From Oligoflexia bacterium (GTDB lineage Bacteria; Bdellovibrionota; UBA1018), in contig JAYTHP010000166.1 in the NCBI GenBank assembly GCA_043732485.1, positions 1 through 11,310 of the forward strand: DNA of 11,310 nt, given 5' to 3'. Under the pieces are notes generated by a model. The model was given only the letters and a program-made list of their open reading frames with translations, searched no databases and was not told where the DNA came from. A program made the translations under genes and the position numbers. Shown here in pieces: positions 1-6,340 of this stretch (positions within the stretch are counted from its first letter, which is position 1; each line of letters begins with the position of its first letter).

Positions 1-69
1 TCATAGGGATAGTGGTGGTAAGGTGATTTTTAAGATTGCTCAATGCCGCTATTTAAAGTAATAAGGGGC

Positions 70-1080
70 ATGAAAAAAATCAAGGCAGTCTTACTGTTGA
101 GTACGATCTTAGGGTTTATGGCAGGAGATCGCGCTTGTTTGGCGCAGGATGTGGATCAAGCAGAGCAGGAGTGTGGTGGGTGGTTTGGGGAGCTCTCAGA
201 CATGCACACCGTGCCGCTTGGAGACTCACCGAGTCGCGAAGCTGAGCGGTGCGAGGCTGACGACTGCAACTTTCGAAATCCTTGGTCTGAGGGTTTTCTG
301 CAGGCGCGGCTCGCAACTTCAGGGCGGCAAGCAGATCGCAGCGCGCGTCAGGCAGGCAAGAGCCTTGGAGGCGACGCTGCTCCTTCTTGGGCCGAACGCT
401 TCGCGGAGCGTCGGCGTCTTGCTGCGCAGACCGACTTGCAGCCTGACGAGGCGGCTGACTTACCGCAGCTTTTCGGTCAAGCGTTGCACGTGGCGGGTGG
501 GGGGGCTGCTGCTCTTGCTGTTGAGGGACATGGTTTTATCACACCTGTGCATTCCCCTCGTCGCGGCAACTCCCCGGTGCGAGGCTCACCACTGAAGGTC
601 ACCCCGATTCGCAGGCAGCGGGATCAAGATCCTGTCATTTACCGGAAATTGTCGGCCGATGAAAAAGCGCAGGCGGTGGTTTTCCTGCAAGACGGTTTTC
701 TGACGACGCTGGGTTCAGGGAGGCTTGAGGGCGGAGAGTTGATGTATTTTCTTTCTGGGGCAGGTACCTTGTATGTCATTCACTCGGACTACGATTGGGA
801 GAAAAGCCAGGTGTATCACTCGTCTTTCACGGATTACGACAACTTAGATGATCCTGAAAACCAGTGCAAAATGGCAGGCGAGCTTTTCGTGCACCTTCTG
901 GCTGACGGGGTGTCCAGTGAAGTGAAAATTAATCAAAATAGCGGTCATTACAAGCCTCACTTTAAGCGCAATTACTTAGTCGCGGATATGCTTCGTGCGC
1001 TTGGTTTTAAAGGATTGCTTAAAGTACTCAATGAGACGAGCGAGATGCCGGGGTGTCAGTTGGTTAGGCTTGCTGCGTGA
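70..1080 (+). CDS. Hypothetical secreted protein with C-terminal HSSF...AGEL...SGHYxP domain (possible effector/toxin)
   Basis: ORF 43..1080; the in-frame ATG at 70 gives a typical Sec signal peptide (MKKIKAVLLLSTILGFMAGDRACLA|QD). The middle is low-complexity; the globular C-terminus carries YHSSF (814-828), MAGELFV and NSGHYKP (937-957). Confidence 0.75.
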   Translation: MKKIKAVLLLSTILGFMAGDRACLAQDVDQAEQECGGWFGELSDMHTVPLGDSPSREAERCEADDCNFRNPWSEGFLQARLATSGRQADRSARQAGKSLGGDAAPSWAERFAERRRLAAQTDLQPDEAADLPQLFGQALHVAGGGAAALAVEGHGFITPVHSPRRGNSPVRGSPLKVTPIRRQRDQDPVIYRKLSADEKAQAVVFLQDGFLTTLGSGRLEGGELMYFLSGAGTLYVIHSDYDWEKSQVYHSSFTDYDNLDDPENQCKMAGELFVHLLADGVSSEVKINQNSGHYKPHFKRNYLVADMLRALGFKGLLKVLNETSEMPGCQLVRLAA

Positions 1081-1161
1081 GCGATGGGCCAGCAAAGTTT
1101 GCAGCTCGAGTGGGCTTAAAATGCCCCGAGGCTTCCTTTGTTCTTCTCTCGCAAATCTCCT

Positions 1162-1235
1162 GAGCGCAAGAAAGTGCGTGAGTGCGAGTGCGCGTGTGAC
1201 CACGTGAGCCCGCGCTTACGTACTTTCTTGCGCTC
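1162..1235 (+). terminator. Long hairpin between convergent genes (putative terminator or 3' stabilising stem)
   Basis: GAGCGCAAGAAAGT (1162-1175) is the exact reverse complement of 1222-1235. The stem continues 21 more positions inward, with 5 G.U pairs and 2 mismatches on the + RNA, closing a TGAC loop at 1197-1200. Confidence 0.6.
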
Positions 1236-1358
1236 GGAAGTGAGCAAGAAAAAGATTCGCCTAGCAAAGCTTCAGGCTTTCAAGGTTCACGCCCTCTTTC
1301 ATGGGTAAGAGCGCGTGTCTTTTTACTTAAAGTGTGAATGACTGAAACGAGTGAGGGT

Positions 1359-2192
1359 TTAAATCAGCTTTAACGCTGCTTGTGGCAGCGAGTTGGCTTG
1401 CGATAAAACCGCAATCCCGGCTGATTGCAAAATGCTGGCGGTGGCCACTTTTGCAGTTTCACTCGCGTAATCGGTGTCAGCGATCCGGGAGCGGGCTTCG
1501 CTGAGGTTTTCCTTGTTGGTGCCAGTTAAGCGGGCTGAAGATTCCAGCTTGTTTTGCATGGCCCCCAGGGAGGCGCGCTTTTTTAGCACCATTTCCATGG
1601 CACCGTCGGTGCGCTCAATGGCTGAGCGGGCCGAGTCGATGCTTTGATAATCTAGGCCTGCAATCCCTAAGACGTCGGCTCGGGAGTCCAGATCGCTAGT
1701 ATTGAAGCTCACGTGATCGTGCTCGTGATTGTTAATCCCCACTTGAAAGGACAAGGAGCCTTGGCTCGATTGTCCGTTGAGCAAGGGAGTGCCGTTATAG
1801 TTGGTAGCAGCCGCAATGCGGTTCACTTCTTCAATCAAGCTTGAGGCTTCTTTTTGGATGTTGCCGCGCTCGCTATCGCCAACGGTGTCGGAGCTAGCTT
1901 GAATGGCAAGTTCTCGCAAGCGGATTGTCAGATCGCCGACTTCGGTCAGGCCGCCTTCGGCCACTTGCGTAAACGAGATCCCGTCATTGGCGTTGCGTTC
2001 AGCTTGGCTTAATGAGCGGATCTGGGCGCGGAGTTTTTCGGAAACAGCAAGGCCCGAGGCGTCGTCACCGGCTTGGGTGATGCGTTGCCCTGAGGCGAGG
2101 CGCTGATAACTCTTGTTTAAGTCACGTGAGGTCGTATTAAGGGATCTACCTGTAGCCTCAGAGGCTACATTGGTGGCGATAGTCAAGCCCAT
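1359..2192 (-). CDS. fliC: Flagellin (short, 277 aa)
   Basis: N-terminal flagellin motifs RLASGQRI..AGDDASGLAVSEKLRAQIR and ANDGIS..Q.AEGGL; C-terminal SLGAMQNKLE, SRIADTDYA.E, LSQAN..PQ. RBS AAGGA upstream of the ATG. Confidence 0.97.
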   Translation of the reverse strand: MGLTIATNVASEATGRSLNTTSRDLNKSYQRLASGQRITQAGDDASGLAVSEKLRAQIRSLSQAERNANDGISFTQVAEGGLTEVGDLTIRLRELAIQASSDTVGDSERGNIQKEASSLIEEVNRIAAATNYNGTPLLNGQSSQGSLSFQVGINNHEHDHVSFNTSDLDSRADVLGIAGLDYQSIDSARSAIERTDGAMEMVLKKRASLGAMQNKLESSARLTGTNKENLSEARSRIADTDYASETAKVATASILQSAGIAVLSQANSLPQAALKLI

Positions 2193-2229
2193 GATTCAGT
2201 TCCTTTTTGTCGTAGAAAGCCTCAACTGA

Positions 2230-2247
2230 CCCCCCCCCCTTTTTTTT
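2230..2247. repeat. C10-T8 homopolymer tract in the flagellin 5' leader
   Basis: C at 2230-2239 then T at 2240-2247, i.e. A8G10 on the coding strand, 38-55 nt upstream of the flagellin start. Confidence 0.9.
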
Positions 2248-2362
2248 CTTTCCTGCAGCAATGCGGGATAGGGTTCGGTCAGAAAGACCTTCTAAATGGT
2301 GTTAAGAAATTGAAAAACCAAAAGCTTTTGCGGGCTTTTAAGTCTTTCATCTTGCAAAGAAC

Positions 2363-2389
2363 TGATCGGCAGTTAGAGCTAATACTTGA
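2363..2389 (-). promoter_or_regulatory. Sigma28 (FliA)-type promoter for flagellin 1359..2192
   Basis: The minus strand reads TCAAGTAT-N11-GCCGATCA, against the consensus TAAAGTTT-N11-GCCGATAA, about 170 nt upstream of the ATG. Confidence 0.8.
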
Positions 2390-2499
2390 GTAATTTAGTA
2401 CAATATTTATTGAGGATGCAGGTCAAACCATCGTATTGATTGAAAAAAAATAGATTGGGGGGCGTCATAACGCCTTGTGGTCCTGCCAGACGAAACCTG

Positions 2500-2710
2500 A
2501 GAGAAGTGGGGGGAGAGAGGGACAAAGCAGCAAGCGTCTTGAGTCGGTGAGGGGTTTGAGGGAAGGTAGGTAGGGGGGGTGAGGAGGAGGTGTGAGGGGA
2601 GCTTGCGCTCTGCTCACACCTCCTCGCTCTCACTTAATCCTCGTCCCTACCCTACCACCGCCACTCTCGCTCTTGCTTGCTCCTCTCCCTCCCCCCCCCT
2701 TGTTTTTCTC
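2500..2710. repeat. ~210-nt degenerate inverted repeat with a purine-rich arm and a pyrimidine-rich arm
   Basis: Centre GAGC-TTGC-GCTC (2599-2610). GAGGAGGTGTGAG (2584-2596) pairs exactly with CTCACACCTCCTC (2613-2625). Looser outer blocks: GGTAGGTAGGG/CCCTACCCTACC, GCAGCAAG/CTTGCTTGC, GGGGGGAGAGAGG/CCTCTCCCTCCCCCC. Confidence 0.75.
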
Positions 2711-2720
2711 GCCGACAACA

Positions 2721-2781
2721 CTTTCTAGGCGCTCTCTGAGGCCTCAAAGAGGTCTCCTTTGGAGTGAGAGCGCCTAGAAAG
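2721..2781 (-). terminator. Perfect 16-bp inverted repeat just downstream of flagellin 2807..3640
   Basis: CTTTCTAGGCGCTCTC (2721-2736) pairs with GAGAGCGCCTAGAAAG (2766-2781), 25 nt after the stop codon. The U-tract is weak. Confidence 0.65.
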
Positions 2782-2806
2782 CATTGCTACGGGGGGTCAG
2801 GTGGAT

Positions 2807-3640
2807 TTAGCCTAGGAGCTTAAGAGCGACTAGGTTGTTTTGATTCGCTTGACTGAGGACTGAGATGGTCGACTGCGCTAAGATGTTATTCTTAGCGAGT
2901 TCAGCCGACTCTGCAGCAACGTCGGTATCGCGAATGCGGCTGTTAGCAGTGCTTAAGTTCTCGGTATAGATGTTCAGGTTGTTAATCGCCGATTGCAACC
3001 TGTTTTGCAAGGCTCCTAGCTCGGAGCGATTATCACTGAGCATGCGGAATCCTGAGTCAATCTTCTCGAGGTTATCGCGGGCTTGTTCGCGGGTCTGCAC
3101 AGCAATGTCGTGCAATCCCAGCTTCTCTAAGCTGACATCGACTTTTTTCACGTCAAAGCTGAAGCGGTCTTCATTGGGGTTGTTTTTGGTCCCCACTTGA
3201 ATGGACAAAACATCGCCTTCTCCGCTTAACAACTTGCGACCGTTAAATTCGGTCGAAGCGGTGATGCGCGAGATTTCTTCTTTCATCTGCTGCACTTCTT
3301 TATCGATAAAACCTCTTTCCACTTCACCGACCGTATCGGAGGCCGCTTGAATCGATAATTCGCGAAAGCGCGTCAAGATGTTGCCGACTTCACTCATCCC
3401 GCCTTCAGCAGTTTGAATGAGCGAGATACCGTCGTTGGCGTTTCTCACGTCCTGGTTTAAGGAGCGAATTTGGCTCTTCATTTTCTCAGAAATCGCCAAA
3501 CCGCCGGCATCATCAGCCGATTTGGTAATGCGTGATCCCGAAGATAGCTTTTGTAAGCTGTTGGATTGATTGGCAATGTTGATGCCTAAGTTACGCTGTG
3601 CGGAAAGTGACTGAATGTTCGTGGCTATACGTAAACCCAT
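2807..3640 (-). CDS. fliC: Flagellin (short, 277 aa)
   Basis: The likely true start is the ATG at 3640 (MGLRIATNIQSLSAQRNL), with RBS AGGAG upstream, rather than 3754. Motifs KLSSGSRI.KSADDAGGLAISEKMKSQIR, RSELGALQNRL and NSRIRDTDVA.E are present. Confidence 0.97.
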   Translation of the reverse strand: MGLRIATNIQSLSAQRNLGINIANQSNSLQKLSSGSRITKSADDAGGLAISEKMKSQIRSLNQDVRNANDGISLIQTAEGGMSEVGNILTRFRELSIQAASDTVGEVERGFIDKEVQQMKEEISRITASTEFNGRKLLSGEGDVLSIQVGTKNNPNEDRFSFDVKKVDVSLEKLGLHDIAVQTREQARDNLEKIDSGFRMLSDNRSELGALQNRLQSAINNLNIYTENLSTANSRIRDTDVAAESAELAKNNILAQSTISVLSQANQNNLVALKLLG

Positions 3641-3781
3641 CGTAATTGTCTCCTGTAACGATGAAAATCGTGCCCCTAGTAGCCGCAAGACCCACGCAAC
3701 TTCACGCCATGCCACCAAGACCAGGACGTGAGAGTGTGTTTTGCAGCCCCGCACGCGATACGGCTAGCGCGCGCCTCAAAC

Positions 3782-3803
3782 CCCGTTTTTTTGCAAAAAC
3801 GGG
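3782..3803. other. Hairpin in the flagellin leader
   Basis: CCCGTTTTT-TTGC-AAAAACGGG, a perfect 9-bp stem. Confidence 0.5.
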
Positions 3804-3975
3804 AGCGCAAGGACCGCCAGAAACTCCAGGATCACGTGCTATAGCCGCAAATCTGTGAGGCTAGAGCTCTCTTACCTAAGGAACGATCTTCGAATTGTGC
3901 AGGAATTTGCTGTACCCCTGCAAACAAACCAGGCTGAAAGACCTATTCTTCCAGTCAAGTATTTGTTCACATACT

Positions 3976-4002
3976 AAATCGGTCCAGTATTAAAGATCTT
4001 GA
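3976..4002 (-). promoter_or_regulatory. Sigma28 (FliA)-type promoter for flagellin 2807..3640
   Basis: The minus strand reads TCAAGATC-N11-ACCGATTT, with the same TCAAG -35 and spacing as the promoter at 2363-2389. Confidence 0.6.
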
Positions 4003-4078
4003 GATCTTTTTTTGACTTATTTGATCAGGTATTATTTTTCTCACCCCCAAGCCCCTCCTGGCCGATGAAACACTAGGT

Positions 4079-4591
4079 ATGAAAATTCTGAGCTCCTTTC
4101 AAAGCATGGATTACTCGCAATTAGGTAAGCGCAAGCGCAAAGACGGCGCTCAGCAGCAGGGCCAAGACCAGCAGCGGCAAAAGAATCAAGACCCAGCAGC
4201 AGCAGCAGAATCAAGTTTTCAAAGCGTACTGGAGCAAGAAGAACAAGGGCAGCAGAAACAGCAGCAGCAGCCAGGCACTGCCGGGCGACCTGCTGAGGTC
4301 TGGCTAAAGTCGAGTGATGAGGCCGAGGACGAGTCGCCTTCGGCCTTGCCGTCGCCCCTCGCGGGTGCCAGGCTTGCCGGGGCTTGCCAGCAGTTTGAGG
4401 AAGATGCCTTAGCTCAGGCCCACGGGCTGGTTGCGGTGTTAAGCGGCGAGGGTCCGGGGCTACGCGTGTTGTTGCAAGACCGCTCAGGCACCCTCATTCG
4501 CCAGCTCTCGCCTGCCGAATTCGTCCATTTACAAGAGAAAGCACCCAAGGAAGTGAAGCCTTGCGGGAAAATTCTTGATCAAAAGCTTTAG
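4079..4591 (+). CDS. flaG: FlaG-like flagellar protein with Q-rich N-terminal extension
   Basis: The C-terminus LRVLLQDRSGTLIRQLSPAEFVHL...GKILDQKL matches the FlaG pattern (V.v.D..tGevIRQiP.ee.l...G.llD.k.). The gene is adjacent to flagellins, and GCCGATGA (sigma28 -10-like) lies at 4061-4068. Confidence 0.65.
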   Translation: MKILSSFQSMDYSQLGKRKRKDGAQQQGQDQQRQKNQDPAAAAESSFQSVLEQEEQGQQKQQQQPGTAGRPAEVWLKSSDEAEDESPSALPSPLAGARLAGACQQFEEDALAQAHGLVAVLSGEGPGLRVLLQDRSGTLIRQLSPAEFVHLQEKAPKEVKPCGKILDQKL

Positions 4592-4609
4592 ACTCGCTAA
4601 ATCCAAAGG

Positions 4610-5356
4610 GTGAGTCTTTTAATGATCTCCGATCTCCACATTGCAGGCGCCCAGGATCCGATCTATCGGCGCTTCCTGGCGTTTTTGCGGACGCAAACTC
4701 ATCCAGGCGATACGGTGGTCTTTTTAGGCGATATCTTTGACCTTTTTGTCGGCAATAAGCCAATTTTTTTGCAAGAATACCACGAATTTTTTCAGTTGAT
4801 TGCAAGCCTGGGGCGCAACAGTGGCATTGAGTTTCATTATCTTGAAGGTAATCATGACTTCCTGCTAGAGGCGGTGTTTGTACAGTGGTCGTTTTTCCAC
4901 AGCCATACGGCTGATTTTAGCTTAGAAATTGCCGAGAAAAAATTCTATTTCACCCACGGCGATGAGGTCAATCGTCAAGACTATGGCTATCTCTTCTTAC
5001 GGTGGTTGCTCAGATCCTGGATGGCACGCCTGTTGGTGCGCTGTCTGCCAGGCGCCTGGCTTGACGCCTGTGGCAAGAGCTGGAGCAGGCTGAGTCGCAG
5101 CCATTCGTCGCCTGCCCGCAGTCTCGAGCGCACCGCTGGGTTGCGTAAATTATATCGCAGTTTTGCAGCTGAGCGCTTAGCGCAGGGGTTTGATTTTGTG
5201 GTGGCAGGTCATTGTCATGACTTAGATGAGATGTTTTTCTTGATCGGCGAGCGGGTCGGACAGTACATTAACGTTGGTTTTCCTCGCCTGCATGGCTCCT
5301 TTTTGTCTTGGGCGCCAGGCGAAGGAAAAATTCAGCGCGAGAAATTAGCGGACTAA
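4610..5356 (+). CDS. lpxH: UDP-2,3-diacylglucosamine hydrolase (calcineurin-like metallophosphoesterase)
   Basis: Motifs ISDLH, LGDIFD, GNHD, THGD..N..DYGY...R and GHCH; GTG start. Confidence 0.85.
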   Translation: MSLLMISDLHIAGAQDPIYRRFLAFLRTQTHPGDTVVFLGDIFDLFVGNKPIFLQEYHEFFQLIASLGRNSGIEFHYLEGNHDFLLEAVFVQWSFFHSHTADFSLEIAEKKFYFTHGDEVNRQDYGYLFLRWLLRSWMARLLVRCLPGAWLDACGKSWSRLSRSHSSPARSLERTAGLRKLYRSFAAERLAQGFDFVVAGHCHDLDEMFFLIGERVGQYINVGFPRLHGSFLSWAPGEGKIQREKLAD

Positions 5357-5371
5357 GGAGGGGCGGTTGGG

Positions 5372-6340
5372 ATGAAGAAAAAAGAGACTTTTTCCTTAAA
5401 AAATGTGGGCTTAGTGCTCAAGCATCATAATCCTGAGGCGGCCACCTTTGCGATGGAGCTTGCGCAGTTTTTTAAGCAACATCAGGTAAAGATGTTGTTT
5501 GCCAGCGAAAGTGAGTTACTGGCCCGCGATCTTTTAAGATTACTGGGTGGCGGAGCGTCTCCGAAGCCCGGGACACCACGGGGGAGAGCGACGCGTGAAC
5601 CCTTCATCCGCATCGTGCCGAAGGCTGATTTGGTGGATTTTTGTGATCTCATTTTAGTCTTAGGCGGCGATGGCACGTTTTTAAGTATTGCCCGGCTGAT
5701 GAAGCTTAAAAAGGTTCCCGTGATGGGGATTAACATGGGGAAGCTAGGCTTTTTAACGGAAATTAAGCGGGAAGAAGCGATTGCGACGCTTGCCAGTATG
5801 CTGGCAGGTCAGCCGCCGCTGCTCAGTGAGCGCTTTTTGCTGCATGTCACGGTGGAGCGCAAAAAGAAGATCATCTTTCGAGGTCCGGTGGTAAACGACG
5901 TGGTGATTTCCAAGGGTGCTATTGCCCGCATCATTGGCGTGCAAGTCTGGATTGACGACCAATGGGTGCACCGTATCCAAGGGGATGGGGTGATTGTCAG
6001 CACCACCACCGGTTCGACGGCTTATGCCTTAGCCGCAGGCGGCCCGATTGTGCTGCCACAGGTGGCGGCCTTGCTGCTGGTGCCGATTTGTTCGCATTCC
6101 TTAACGCTCCGGCCGCTGGTGATCCCGGATCACTCGAAAATCACCCTCTGTTTGAATCACAGGCCCGGGCAAGTGATTTTAACGCTGGATGGTCAGGATG
6201 CGGTGGATTTAAAAGAGGAAGACCGCGTGGTGGTGCAAAAAGTTAAGCATCACTCCTTGTGGTTGGTGGCCTCGCCGAAGCGCGATTACTTCAGTTTGCT
6301 GCGGGAAAAATTGAAATTTGGCGCAAGAGATGAGCCCTAG
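5372..6340 (+). CDS. nadK: NAD(+) kinase
   Basis: GGDGTFL, GIN.GKLGFLT, ND and GDGVIVSTTTGSTAYALAAGGP motifs; RBS AAGGAGG upstream; lies directly before recN, the usual synteny. Confidence 0.97.
   Translation: MKKKETFSLKNVGLVLKHHNPEAATFAMELAQFFKQHQVKMLFASESELLARDLLRLLGGGASPKPGTPRGRATREPFIRIVPKADLVDFCDLILVLGGDGTFLSIARLMKLKKVPVMGINMGKLGFLTEIKREEAIATLASMLAGQPPLLSERFLLHVTVERKKKIIFRGPVVNDVVISKGAIARIIGVQVWIDDQWVHRIQGDGVIVSTTTGSTAYALAAGGPIVLPQVAALLLVPICSHSLTLRPLVIPDHSKITLCLNHRPGQVILTLDGQDAVDLKEEDRVVVQKVKHHSLWLVASPKRDYFSLLREKLKFGARDEP

Noticed and set aside
3641..3754. 38-aa N-terminal extension of the flagellin in the ORF track
   Set aside because: The ATG at 3640 has a good RBS and gives the canonical flagellin N-terminus and the same 277-aa length as the paralog.
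3723..3904. Six GGA motifs on the + strand as a CsrB/Rsm-like sRNA
   Set aside because: Only about twice the chance expectation, not clearly in hairpin loops, and no supporting promoter or terminator.
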